Virus record (IMG/VR): IMGVR_UViG_3300022074_000015
Location: 22,371 to 86,370 of that record
Reading direction: 5' to 3' (one strand)
DNA length: 64,000 bases
DNA from: a virus
Positions 47,615 to 57,900 of the stretch are shown piece by piece. Both the position numbers and the translations under genes were made by a program. The notes below the pieces were generated by a model, which was not told the origin of the DNA, did no database searches, and saw only the letters and a program-made list of their open reading frames with translations. Position 1 is the first letter of the stretch. The number at the start of each line of letters is the position of its first letter.

Positions 47615-48888
47615 TGTCCCTGTCAGATCCTTCAATATATGAAGAAATAGTTATAGAGTCTAACGATGGGTCAACAACTGTTGATCTAAGACTTGGTATT
47701 CAATCTATTGACTATTACGAAGATATTTTTTCACCCACAATCACCGTTAAGATACTTGTAACAAATACTGGTAATACAATTAACGGTAAAGGAATATATC
47801 AAGGATTACCCTTAAGAGGTGGTGAAAGAGTAACGATGAAGATTAAGGATAGAATGGATATGTCATTCTATGTTTCAAGTATTTCAAATGTTATAACTGA
47901 TAGTAAAACTGAAAACTTTGTATTAAATCTCTGCTCTAGAGAAGCAATTACTAATGAAACTGCTAGAGTTCCAGTAAAATTCCCAACATCTTCACCAATA
48001 TCAGCTTCTGCTGAACAAATAATTATAAAATATCTACAGACAAGTAAAAATGTTGAGATAGACCAGTCAATGAACAAGTATGGTTTTATTGGTAATATGA
48101 GAAAACCATTTACTGTATTGACTTGGTTGGCATCCAAGGCAGTACCTGAAATGGAAGGTGATGGAACTGCTGGATATTTGTTTTTTGAAACTCAAAGTGG
48201 ATACAAATTCAAATCTATTGATAAACTTATTTCATCAGAATCTGTTGAAACTTATACATCAACAGAAGTTGTTCCATCTAACAAAGACTTTGAAGATTTT
48301 ACTATTGTAAGTTATGTAACCAATAGGAATCAAAATTTATCTGAAAATTTAAGATTAGGTGTGTATGCTAGTATGAGAAGTTTTTTTAATCCACTTAATG
48401 GCACATTTACACATCCGGAGAAAGGAACTTTTAAGCAAGATGATTACATTGACAAATCTAGAAATTTAGGTGATAAAATAATTCTACCCAAGATTAGTGA
48501 TACGTCAGAATTAACCCTAGGGGATACTCCAACACGTTTGATTACTGGAGTAATTGATTTAGGAACACAAGAGATTGGTGTTTCAACTGAGGTCAACGCA
48601 GATCCATTATTATATCAATCACAAGCACTGTTTAGATATAATAGTTTGATGACACAGACGCTGACACTCACTGTTCCAGGTAATACTAAATTAGAAGCAG
48701 GTAATGTAATCGAGTGTTTATTTCCTACAAATACAACTGGTGATGTATCTGAGTTTGACCAGGAGCAAAGTGGTCTATATATGATTAAAGAGTTATGTCA
48801 TCATTTTGACACTGAGGGAACTTGGACCTCAATGAAACTTGTTAGAGATACTTTCGGACAGCACAATCCAAATAATAAAGAAAAATAA
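47614..48888 (+). CDS. Baseplate hub / tail protein (gp27-like position)
   Basis: YYEDIFSPTIT, GLPLRGGE, FFET.SGY.FKSID, VPGN..L.AG, SGLYMIKELCH. Confidence 0.7.
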   Translation: MSLSDPSIYEEIVIESNDGSTTVDLRLGIQSIDYYEDIFSPTITVKILVTNTGNTINGKGIYQGLPLRGGERVTMKIKDRMDMSFYVSSISNVITDSKTENFVLNLCSREAITNETARVPVKFPTSSPISASAEQIIIKYLQTSKNVEIDQSMNKYGFIGNMRKPFTVLTWLASKAVPEMEGDGTAGYLFFETQSGYKFKSIDKLISSESVETYTSTEVVPSNKDFEDFTIVSYVTNRNQNLSENLRLGVYASMRSFFNPLNGTFTHPEKGTFKQDDYIDKSRNLGDKIILPKISDTSELTLGDTPTRLITGVIDLGTQEIGVSTEVNADPLLYQSQALFRYNSLMTQTLTLTVPGNTKLEAGNVIECLFPTNTTGDVSEFDQEQSGLYMIKELCHHFDTEGTWTSMKLVRDTFGQHNPNNKEK

Positions 48889-51494
48889 TGTTAGAGGAGT
48901 CTTTACTAAAAACTAATTTTATTGGAAGGGATGGTTTCCGTTGGTGGATTGGTCAGATACCACCAGAAGAGGAGGAGTATGCTCAACAAAATGATGGCGG
49001 CGGATGGGGTAATAGAGTAAAAGTTCGTATTATGGGGTACCACCCATATAGTCTAAATGATCTTCCAAATAAAGATTTGCCCTGGGCAATTGTTCTTTTA
49101 GGAACCACAGATGGTTCTGGAGCAGCTAATAGAGCAAAAACAATAGCAGTATCTCCAGGTGATACTGTTTTTGGATTCTTCTTGGATGGCGATAATGCTC
49201 AGGTTCCTGTAATTGTTGGAGTTTTTGGTAGAACAAGTCAGGTTCCATCTGATAATTATTTAAGTCCATTTGTACCATTTACTGGAAGAACTGGATCGAT
49301 AAACAATGATGGTTCTTTTATCGCGTCAAGTGAATCTAATGAGCAGAATACAACTAGTCAACCATCACCGCCTGCCGTAGATAAGAAAACTGCTGACAAA
49401 ATTAATTCGGAAGTAAATCCAGAAAATGATCCTAGAAAAAAGGTAAATGCTGCATCAAATGTTATTGGTCAAAAAGTAACCGTAGCGTCTACAGATAGAG
49501 ATAGTGCTCCTCAGAAAATTAAGAATGAAACTGAAAACTTTGTAACAAGAATACAGGAGATCATATCAAGTGTTCAAGGTGGTTTTGATGCTATCAATGT
49601 TGGCATTAACAGTATTACTAGTGCCGTTGATGGAGTAAAACAAAGAATCTTTGAAGAAATTGATGGCGTAACTGCTGGAATTCAGAAAAGTGCCACTAAG
49701 ATGGTTCAGGATATGACAAAGAATCTATCTGAAGCCATGGTTCCTGTCTTGAATGGTGGTCTACAGGTTTTATATGATACTGTTTACGCTACAGTTCTTG
49801 CTGCCACTGGCAATCCTATTGCCGCTGATAAAGCAGGCACCATTGCCCAAGCACTGTTTATTTCCCCTGTTAAAGAATTATCTGATGCCATACCATGTGT
49901 AGCAAATAATGTTATTAATGGTCTTGGTGATATGATAAAAGGTGTTCTACAAAGTGTTGCTGAAAATGTAAATAATTTTGTATCATGTATTGGAGACCAA
50001 GTCATTGGTTCAATAATGAATCATATTATTGGAGGAGTTACTAAATTCTTACAACCATTAATGGGTGGATTGGATAAAATTTTGATGGGATTCAGTCCTC
50101 TTGACTTCTTAAGAAGTACTGCTGATGCCATTTTAGGTTTAGCAGATAAACTTGGATGTAATGAAATAGCACCAGAGTTTGATTTAGCTTCTAATGAATG
50201 GGTGATAGGAAAGGGAACAACAGATAAAGTTGGAGTACCAGTAGAAGACATTTTAAGAACTGCCAATGAGGCACAAAATTTAGCAGAATTGGCAATCAAT
50301 ACAGTTCAAGATATTGCTGGTGCTACTGGATCTCTTGGAGTATTTGATTTTGCTAATCCTAGTGTCTCTGTTCCTGGATTCAAAAGTCCTCTTGGAGAAT
50401 GTTTTGCCGGTCCACCAGAACTTGGTGGATGTGGTGGAACAAAAGTTAAAATCTTTGGTGGTGGTATCAATGGAGTCGGTGGTGTTGCTAAAGCAATCCT
50501 TCAACTTTCAGATGCTGGCAGAGGTGTTACTGGTAGTTTAATTGGTGTTGATTTAGTTAATGGTGGTGGAGGATACACATTCCCACCATTTGTCGAAGTT
50601 GTTGATGAATGTAAAAGTGGATATGGTGCCGCTGCTAGAGCTGTGATTGATTATAATCCAGACTCACCAACGTATCAAGAAATAATTGATATCTATGTTG
50701 AATCACCAGGAACTGATTATACCCCTGGTGATGATGAAGAGGATTACATTACTGATGATGAAAATGGTCCTATAATCGTTAAATCTGGAGGTGGATACGA
50801 TCCTGATGATGATAAAGTTATTGATACTAATGGTAATGAATATGAAATAGAAACAGATGATGATGGTAGAATTACAAAATTAATTAAGATACCTAAAAAG
50901 ACTGAAGGAGTTGATGATGATCTTGATATTCCATCCATTGAAGAAGGATTAGAATACTTTATTACTTCTAAGAAAGGAATTGGTGCCATCTTACGTCCAC
51001 GTCTTATCACTAGACCAAAAGATCCTCAAGGTGAGATCAAGACAGTTGTTGATTGTATTTCATCAGATGATCTGCTTGTTGGATATGTTGATGGTAAAGA
51101 ATACTATGGTCCATTCCATATACACCCATCAAATGGTAGAAAGATGGTAGGTATAATTCATTCCTCCACAAAACACAAATTCATCTATGATACTAAAGAG
51201 GAAAGTCTTGGTTCAACATCATATAGTACAGAGACTGGAGGATCAGTTTCAAATGTTACCACTACAGATAGTGTAGATACACCAACTGCTACACCATCAC
51301 CAACTCCTGCTCCAGAGCCAACTCCAACTCCAACTCCAGCACCATCTCCACCATCACAACAATCTTATGGTAGTGGTGGCGCAGGTGGATCTTCCCCAAC
51401 ACCTTCACCTACTCCTCCATCACCATCACCACCACCATCACCACCAACTCCTCCACCATCCTCTGGTGGTGGTGGCGGATATGGCGGATACTAA
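48888..51494 (+). CDS. gp5: Baseplate central spike gp5-like protein (N-terminal OB fold, Pro-rich tail)
   Basis: GRDGFRWWIGQI, RVKVRIMGYH...LPWA, VFGFFLDGDNAQ.PVI. Confidence 0.8.
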   Translation: MLEESLLKTNFIGRDGFRWWIGQIPPEEEEYAQQNDGGGWGNRVKVRIMGYHPYSLNDLPNKDLPWAIVLLGTTDGSGAANRAKTIAVSPGDTVFGFFLDGDNAQVPVIVGVFGRTSQVPSDNYLSPFVPFTGRTGSINNDGSFIASSESNEQNTTSQPSPPAVDKKTADKINSEVNPENDPRKKVNAASNVIGQKVTVASTDRDSAPQKIKNETENFVTRIQEIISSVQGGFDAINVGINSITSAVDGVKQRIFEEIDGVTAGIQKSATKMVQDMTKNLSEAMVPVLNGGLQVLYDTVYATVLAATGNPIAADKAGTIAQALFISPVKELSDAIPCVANNVINGLGDMIKGVLQSVAENVNNFVSCIGDQVIGSIMNHIIGGVTKFLQPLMGGLDKILMGFSPLDFLRSTADAILGLADKLGCNEIAPEFDLASNEWVIGKGTTDKVGVPVEDILRTANEAQNLAELAINTVQDIAGATGSLGVFDFANPSVSVPGFKSPLGECFAGPPELGGCGGTKVKIFGGGINGVGGVAKAILQLSDAGRGVTGSLIGVDLVNGGGGYTFPPFVEVVDECKSGYGAAARAVIDYNPDSPTYQEIIDIYVESPGTDYTPGDDEEDYITDDENGPIIVKSGGGYDPDDDKVIDTNGNEYEIETDDDGRITKLIKIPKKTEGVDDDLDIPSIEEGLEYFITSKKGIGAILRPRLITRPKDPQGEIKTVVDCISSDDLLVGYVDGKEYYGPFHIHPSNGRKMVGIIHSSTKHKFIYDTKEESLGSTSYSTETGGSVSNVTTTDSVDTPTATPSPTPAPEPTPTPTPAPSPPSQQSYGSGGAGGSSPTPSPTPPSPSPPPSPPTPPPSSGGGGGYGGY

Positions 51495-51517
51495 TAAATA
51501 TCACAAACGAGGTATCC

Positions 51518-52117
51518 ATGTCCCATAAGTTTTCAAAAAGAAGAGTAGAGTCATACAGTCCTGATTTTAGACTTGAAACCGCAAATCCGCAGATGGGTTT
51601 CAATGGTTCAGGTGTGTATGATTTTTATGGGAGAACAGATAATGGTGACGTATCACTACAGGGGTTATGTCAAGGTGGAATTTACCATTTTTATAATGAC
51701 AGAACTATTGAAATTGTAGCAGGAGCAAAAAATAATAGAGGAAGTGTTGATGTCTGTATCACCGGGATGAAGGGTAGCATTGTCATAAGTGCACTAGAGA
51801 ATGGTGATGTTAGAGTTTCTGGTAAAGATATTATATTCGATGCTAAAAATAATATAAAATTTAAGTGTGGTGAGAATTTTACAATTGATGCTGGTAATAA
51901 ATTTGATATTAATGCTAAAGAAGCATATTGTGACGCACCACACTCCTATGGTCCAGATTGTATCGCAACTGAATTTAATGCAAATTCTTTCATGGGACAG
52001 GTTTTTTCGGGTCTTGCTGCAGAGGGTATTGCCAGAGCAGCTATCACTGGAGCAGGTGGACCAGGTTTAGTTGGTGTTACAGAAATCGCAAATGGAGCAA
52101 TTAAGGCACTATCATAA
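51518..52117 (+). CDS. gp5 C-terminal-like spike protein
   Basis: Beta-repeat-like segments (ITGMKGSIVISALENGDVRVSGKDIIFDAKNNI); directly after gp5. Confidence 0.5.
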   Translation: MSHKFSKRRVESYSPDFRLETANPQMGFNGSGVYDFYGRTDNGDVSLQGLCQGGIYHFYNDRTIEIVAGAKNNRGSVDVCITGMKGSIVISALENGDVRVSGKDIIFDAKNNIKFKCGENFTIDAGNKFDINAKEAYCDAPHSYGPDCIATEFNANSFMGQVFSGLAAEGIARAAITGAGGPGLVGVTEIANGAIKALS

Positions 52118-53718
52118 TGGATAACAAAGTATTTTTCGATTCTACATTTTATGCTCCGGCATCTTTTTATAGTGATGTATCTGTTGATAAAAATGTAAAT
52201 ATTGGTGCAGCAAGTATTTCATATGGTTCAACTGATAAATCAATAATTATTTTAAATAATGGTAACGAAAAGGTTCGTATTGGAATTGATGGAGAAATTG
52301 GTGTTGGTGGTGCTAATTATGGTAATACAGGTCAAGTATTAACCTCTAATGGTTCTGGAAGTGCTCCTACATGGCAAAATAATTCTGGTTCTGGAGGAAT
52401 TATTTCTGTTAAAGATTACGGTGCTGTAGGAAACGGTAGCACGGATGACACTAGTGCTATTCAATCAGTTCTTGATGATCCCGCCAATCACAAAGCCATT
52501 TACTTCCCTGCTGGAGATTATGTTATTACCGCACCTCTAACTTCATCTTTAAATGGACGTAAAATCTATGGTGAGGGTACTATCACTACTACTGCTGCTG
52601 CCCTCGCTGCTGCTTCTGGAAGTCCTGAAGTGCTGTTGAAAGCTTTTGTATTTACGGAAGCTGAATATGTTGATTTCTCTTTGGACTGTAACGGTAACAA
52701 CTTAATTGAGATTTTTGCACAGTTTAATCGTTGTTTAGATCCACACATTCACCATTGTAGAGTTAGAGATCTGGAATCACCTGTTCATCCGACAGGTGGT
52801 AAAGCTATTGCATTTGAATTGTTCAACAAATCTGATACTAATAATAATCCTCCATTATTTACTTCCATTGACACTGGAGCAAAAATTACTGATAATTACA
52901 TTACCAATCTAATTGCCCATGATCATCCAACTATCCAAGGAAGAGGAATGGCAAGAGCAGTTGCTTTTGATACTGATAGAATACTTAGTAAACCTATTTT
53001 AATTGCTGATAATATTATCGACACTGTTGCAGGTAATGAGGGTGATGCAATCTCAGTTATGAGTGTAGCACCTGACGATGGTAATAGCCAAACTCTTCCT
53101 GTTTATTACAATGCCAACGTATTCATAACTGGTAATCATATTAAAGACTTTAACCGTCGTGGATGTAAAATTAAGTTCAACTCCGCAGTAATTTCTAACA
53201 ATACTTTCTATAATACCTGGACTTCATCTCCTGTTAATGATCAAGGTGTATCTGTTGTTCAAGGTGTAGTTGATCTGGTCAACGGATCTGACCATATCGT
53301 TAGTGGTAACAAATTCGTTAACACTGAATATATGGCTCAGATTAGAATTGCAACTGAACAGGCTGATGATGGTGGAAATCCACCAACTGTTTATGAGTAT
53401 GAAAAAGTAAATAACTGCGTTATTAGAGATAACGTTTTTACTCAAATTAGTGGTGAAACTACTGGTACTTTAATTTTTGTTTCATCCTCTAATTCTGCTG
53501 ATACTGCTAATCAAGGAACAAATTTAACTATTAAAGGTAATTCCTTTGATGTTCCTGGATATAGTGGATTATGTATTAGAGTAATTCGTACAAAAAATGT
53601 AATTGTTGTAGACAACGCTGGTATAATTGGTAGTAGTGCAACTGGAGTTCATATACCATCTTCCGGTCTTGTTACCAATAGTATCATCGATAATAATAAT
53701 TTCTTAGTGTCTCAGTAA
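52117..53718 (+). CDS. Tailspike-like beta-helix protein (pectate-lyase-3-like; putative polysaccharide depolymerase)
   Basis: ISVKDYGAVGNGSTDDTSAIQ...IYFPAGDY and repeated I.DN/I.GN beta-helix rungs. Confidence 0.75.
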   Translation: MDNKVFFDSTFYAPASFYSDVSVDKNVNIGAASISYGSTDKSIIILNNGNEKVRIGIDGEIGVGGANYGNTGQVLTSNGSGSAPTWQNNSGSGGIISVKDYGAVGNGSTDDTSAIQSVLDDPANHKAIYFPAGDYVITAPLTSSLNGRKIYGEGTITTTAAALAAASGSPEVLLKAFVFTEAEYVDFSLDCNGNNLIEIFAQFNRCLDPHIHHCRVRDLESPVHPTGGKAIAFELFNKSDTNNNPPLFTSIDTGAKITDNYITNLIAHDHPTIQGRGMARAVAFDTDRILSKPILIADNIIDTVAGNEGDAISVMSVAPDDGNSQTLPVYYNANVFITGNHIKDFNRRGCKIKFNSAVISNNTFYNTWTSSPVNDQGVSVVQGVVDLVNGSDHIVSGNKFVNTEYMAQIRIATEQADDGGNPPTVYEYEKVNNCVIRDNVFTQISGETTGTLIFVSSSNSADTANQGTNLTIKGNSFDVPGYSGLCIRVIRTKNVIVVDNAGIIGSSATGVHIPSSGLVTNSIIDNNNFLVSQ

Positions 53719-53723
53719 CACCC

Positions 53724-53752
53724 TTGACTCTCCGACCCAAATGGGTTATAAT
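53724..53752 (+). promoter_or_regulatory. Sigma70-type promoter for the small-ORF/tRNA cluster
   Basis: TTGACT, 17 bp spacer, TATAAT. Confidence 0.85.
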
Positions 53753-53777
53753 ATTGAGGTATTCAACGGAACACACA

Positions 53778-53969
53778 ATGAACGAAACTTATGTTTCAGG
53801 TGTGATAATTGACATTTGTACCCGCACATTTTTTCTTTACAGTGATGATGGAGACTCTGAAATTGTAGAGTGTGAAAATGCCATTCAATTTATGAATGTG
53901 TTAGAAAAATGCACGACACATTTGAATGCAGATCAAATTGAATATGCAGATTTATCGTTGAAGGAATGA
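53778..53969 (+). CDS. Hypothetical cyanophage protein
   Basis: MNETYVSGVIIDICTRTF...QFMNVL; start re-assigned downstream of the promoter. Confidence 0.65.
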   Translation: MNETYVSGVIIDICTRTFFLYSDDGDSEIVECENAIQFMNVLEKCTTHLNADQIEYADLSLKE

Positions 53970-54142
53970 TGGAAATTTTTACTTTGAAAGAATGGCAAGA
54001 GAATTTTGATGAACTCTTCGCAAGAGTTGAAAATGGAGAGCACATAGGTATTGTGCGAGAAGATGGTACAGCAGCAGTATTCGTGCCAGCAGATGATGAA
54101 CTGCTGCGAATATACAAGGATGATAACAACGAAGCACAGTAA
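53966..54142 (+). CDS. Phd/YefM antitoxin-like small protein (58 aa)
   Basis: Manually translated: MMEIFTLKEWQENFDELFARVENGEHIGIVREDGTAAVFVPADDELLRIYKDDNNEAQ*. Confidence 0.6.
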   Translation: MMEIFTLKEWQENFDELFARVENGEHIGIVREDGTAAVFVPADDELLRIYKDDNNEAQ

Positions 54143-54155
54143 TCACGAATCATCC

Positions 54156-54227
54156 GGGACTGTCGCCTAAAGGTAAAGGCCCTCTGCTTATAACGGAGTG
54201 ATCTGGGTTCAAGTCCCAGCAGTCCTA
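54156..54227 (+). tRNA. tRNA-Ile (UAU)
   Basis: Acceptor GGGACTG/CAGTCCT, anticodon arm CTCTG-CTTATAA-CGGAG, T-loop GTTCAAGT; no encoded CCA. Confidence 0.85.
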
Positions 54228-54230
54228 TTT

Positions 54231-54303
54231 GCTTCCTTAGCAATCTGGTGAATGCAGCAAACTCATAATTTGCCTAAGGAGAGTTCGATCCTCTCAGGAA
54301 GCA
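54231..54303 (+). tRNA. tRNA with CAU anticodon (elongator Met, or Ile2)
   Basis: Acceptor GCTTCCT/AGGAAGC, anticodon arm GCAAA-CTCATAA-TTTGC, GTTCGAT. Confidence 0.85.
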
Positions 54304-54305
54304 TT

Positions 54306-54445
54306 CGACGGGGAATGAGTTCGCCCGCGACGGTGCTAACCACACTGTGATCTAGAGAGTTGGTTACTTTCTTTTTGCTCCGCTACAGACTGTCAGTATG
54401 TTGGGTGTAGTGCCCCATAGCAAGCATACTGATAAGTGTAGTGTT
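54306..54445 (+). ncRNA. Unassigned structured RNA between tRNAs
   Basis: Several stems and a possible pseudoknot (see findings); no ORF. Confidence 0.5.
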
Positions 54446-54447
54446 CT

Positions 54448-54532
54448 GCGAGTATGGTGGAATCGGTAGACACACCAGACTTAAAATCTGTTGAGCATTA
54501 CGCTCGTGGGAGTTCAAGTCTCCCTACTCGCA
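54448..54532 (+). tRNA. tRNA-Leu (UAA)
   Basis: Acceptor GCGAGTA/TACTCGC, anticodon loop CTTAAAA, long variable arm GAGC-atta-c-GCTC, GTTCAAGT. Confidence 0.9.
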
Positions 54533-54555
54533 CTAAATACCTAAAAAGAGGTATC

Positions 54556-54867
54556 ATGAAGAACGTTTTTGAGGTTAGCTCGTCTCTAGTTTGGTATAAC
54601 GATGAGAGAATGATCGTCAAGATGTACTTCTTAAATGATATCCCATTTACTTTTGATGAATTGCCTGTTGGTCATCTTTGGGATCAAGACTTGGTTAAAG
54701 AAGCAAATGGAAATAAGAGTTTTGACGTAGATGATGTTTACAGAGGATCTAATTATTTGATGCAAGAAGCATGTCATCCATGCTTTGATTCAATTGAGAT
54801 TTCAAACCCAGAAGTATTGCCAGAAGATCTAGTATCTTATTTTGACGAGGAAGATTTAAGGGGATAA
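54556..54867 (+). CDS. Conserved cyanophage hypothetical protein
   Basis: MKNVFEV...MYFLNDIPFTFDE...YLMQEACHP; SD GAGG; start moved downstream of tRNA-Leu. Confidence 0.7.
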   Translation: MKNVFEVSSSLVWYNDERMIVKMYFLNDIPFTFDELPVGHLWDQDLVKEANGNKSFDVDDVYRGSNYLMQEACHPCFDSIEISNPEVLPEDLVSYFDEEDLRG

Positions 54868-54902
54868 ATAAAACATAGAAATCTAACGGTTGTCAGAATA
54901 AG

Positions 54903-57900
54903 ATGCCTCTTAATAAGCTTGAGAATTTTATCAAGAATGCTGAAGGTCGCATTCTATATGTAAACCCTAATGACCTTGACTCTACTGATGGTATTGAAAA
55001 CCAAGGTAATTCATTAACAAAACCCTTCAAAACTATTCAGAGAGCACTGCTAGAGTCGGCAAGATTCTCATATTTAAGGGGTGATGATAATGACTTAGTA
55101 GAGAAAACTACTATTCTTGTGTTCCCTGGTGAGCATTTAATTGATAATAGACCCGGTTATGCAATAAAAGACGTTGCCAATAACGCTATTTCTGTTGCAC
55201 CAAATGGCGCAGAATCTGCTGCTCAAAATGAATTAACACTTACTCTTAATTCTAATTTTGATTTAACTCAAGAAAATAATATTCTCTATAAGTTTAACAG
55301 TATCAATGGTGGTATAATTATTCCCCGTGGTACCTCTATTGTTGGTCTAGATTTAAGAAAGACTAAAGTCAGACCAAAATATGTTCCAAATCCAACTGAT
55401 GATAACGTTCGTAGTTCTGCTATCTTCAGAATTACTGGTGCTTGTTATTTCTGGCAGTTCACTTTCTTTGATGGTGATGAGGCAGGATTAGTCTATACTG
55501 ATCCAATTGACTTCTCTACAAACAATAGATCTAAACCAACTTTCTCACACCACAAACTTACTTGTTTTGAGTATGCTGATGGTGTTAATATCCCAGGTGG
55601 ATATTCGCTTACAGACCTTGATATGTATTACAGCAAGGTTAGTAACGCATTTAATAGAGCCTCTGGAAGAGAGATTGATCAGAAGTATCCAGCGTCTCCA
55701 CTGTCTTTTGCCAAGCAACGCCCAGAATGGGAAATTGTTGGTGCTTTTGCCTCTGATCCAATCACTATCTCTGGTATTATTTCTGGTGATGGATCTACTC
55801 CATCCAACGTTGTTACGGTCGAGACTCAATCTGCTCATGGTCTCAATGCGGGAACACCAGTCAAAATTAAGGGTATCAATGTAGAAGATTATAATATCTC
55901 AACAAAAGTAGTTTCTGTTATTAGTGAGAGAAAATTCACATACTCTTTACCATCGGTAAGGGCTAATCTACCTGCTGGAGCTCCTGCGGGTCTGGCACCA
56001 GGAAACGGTGCCGCTGCTATTATTGAAACTGACACTGTTTCTGGTGCTTCACCATATATCTTCAATGTTTCTTTGCGATCTGTATATGGTATACAGGGAA
56101 TGCATGCTGATGGTTCCAAAGCGGATGGTTTCCGCTCTATGGTTGTTGCTCAGTTTACCGCCGTCTCTCTTCAAAAAGACGATCGTGCCTTTGTAAAATA
56201 CGATCCATCAAATAGAAGATGGAGTGGTATTGGATATGGAAGAGTCAATGGAGAAGCATTATCACAAGAATCGTCTTCAAGTAATGATGCCACAGTATTC
56301 CATCTAGATTCTGATGCTGTCTATAGGGATGGATGGACTTCAACCCATATTAAGATGTCAAACGATTCGGTCATTCAGATCGTTTCTGTGTTTGCTATTG
56401 GTTTCCATAAGCATTTTGAGTGTTTGAGTGGTGGTGACGCATCTATTACTAACTCTAACTCAAACTTTGGTCAATTCTCCTTAGCTGCTGATGGATTTAA
56501 GAGGGCAGCATTTGACAAAGATGATAGAGGTTATATAACTGGTGTTGTGACTCCTAGATCTCTTGGTAATAGTGAGGTAGAAATTGAATGGGCACAATTT
56601 GATCTTGCAAAACATGACGATACGGGATTTCCAGAAAGAGTTTATTTGCTGGGATATACTGTTGAATCAGAACCACCCCCAATTATTGCTCAAGGATTTA
56701 GAGTTGGTGCCAAAGTAAATGACACAGTATTCTTAAAGGATTCTAGCGGCGCTACATTTGAAGCCACGACTTTAATGACAGATACCATACCAGTAAATGG
56801 TGGTAGTAATACTGTTACTGGTTCTGATACTTCTGCTAAAGTTTTCACTGGAATTACTCTTGGAACTGTAAATGGTCAAACTGTTTATTCCTGTACTCAA
56901 GCTCACAATCTGTCTGATGGAGAATCTATCAGAATTTTCAGTGAAACTGGTGATTTACCTGAAGGATTAGAGAGTAATAAAGTTTATTACGCTGTTACTA
57001 AATCTACTTCAAATATTTCGTTATCTAATAATCAATTCCGTATTGCTTCATCGGTTACTAATGCTAACCTCGCTGAACCAATTACAATTAGAAGTTATGG
57101 CGGGGTTCAACTTAGAGTAGAGAGTAGAGTTTCTGATAAAAAAGCAGGTGAAATCGGTCATCCAATTCAATATGATTATAGTAAAGCAAACTGGTTTGTA
57201 TACGTATCCGGTTCTAATAATACACTGACTAGTAAACTTACTCAGTTGGAAGCAGATGGTGCCAATTCTAACCCAGTAATTACAGAAACCGAAATATCTT
57301 ACTTCCGAAGAATTGAGGATGGAAGAAGTATTGATGAAAAAATTTACAAATTGCGTTATGTTGTTCCAAAAGAACTTAACAATTCTAGAGATCCAGTAAC
57401 TGGTTTTGTCTTACAAGAATCTGCTACTGTTAATGTAAGAGATGCTAGTGATTTTAGCATCACAAGTATAACATCACAAGATTATGATTTTGATCGTAAT
57501 CCTAGATTTATTAGTAGTTGCACTTATACACCATCAACTGATACTATTAGAATCACAGCAGATAGATCTCATAGTCTCAAAGTAGGTGATTTTGTAAATC
57601 TCAATAATATCCCTAGTACAAATAATTCGGCAAGTAGAGATAAATTTGGATTTAACGGAAGTTTTGAGGTAGATACTATTGTTGATGGTAAGACATTTAC
57701 TGTAAAGGATACTGATGTTTTTGGAATTGCTCGTGATCCTGGAGATCCTATCATTGATGTTCAAACGAGAGACAAGAATCTACCAAACTTCTCTAGAAAT
57801 GATATAAGGAAAAATCATTACATCTATCGTGTAGAGACGGTTACTCCTTTTATAAAAGATGTACAGGATGGTGTTTACTATCTTTATGTTCTCAATGCTG

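Noticed and set aside
54391-54445. Hammerhead ribozyme (CTGATAAG resembles CUGANGA)
   Set aside because: The core does not match and there is no correctly placed GAAA or third stem.
53890-54555. ORF 53890..54243 (-) and the N-terminal extension of 54454..54867
   Set aside because: They overlap well-formed tRNA genes and a better plus-strand ORF; the true start is probably 54556.
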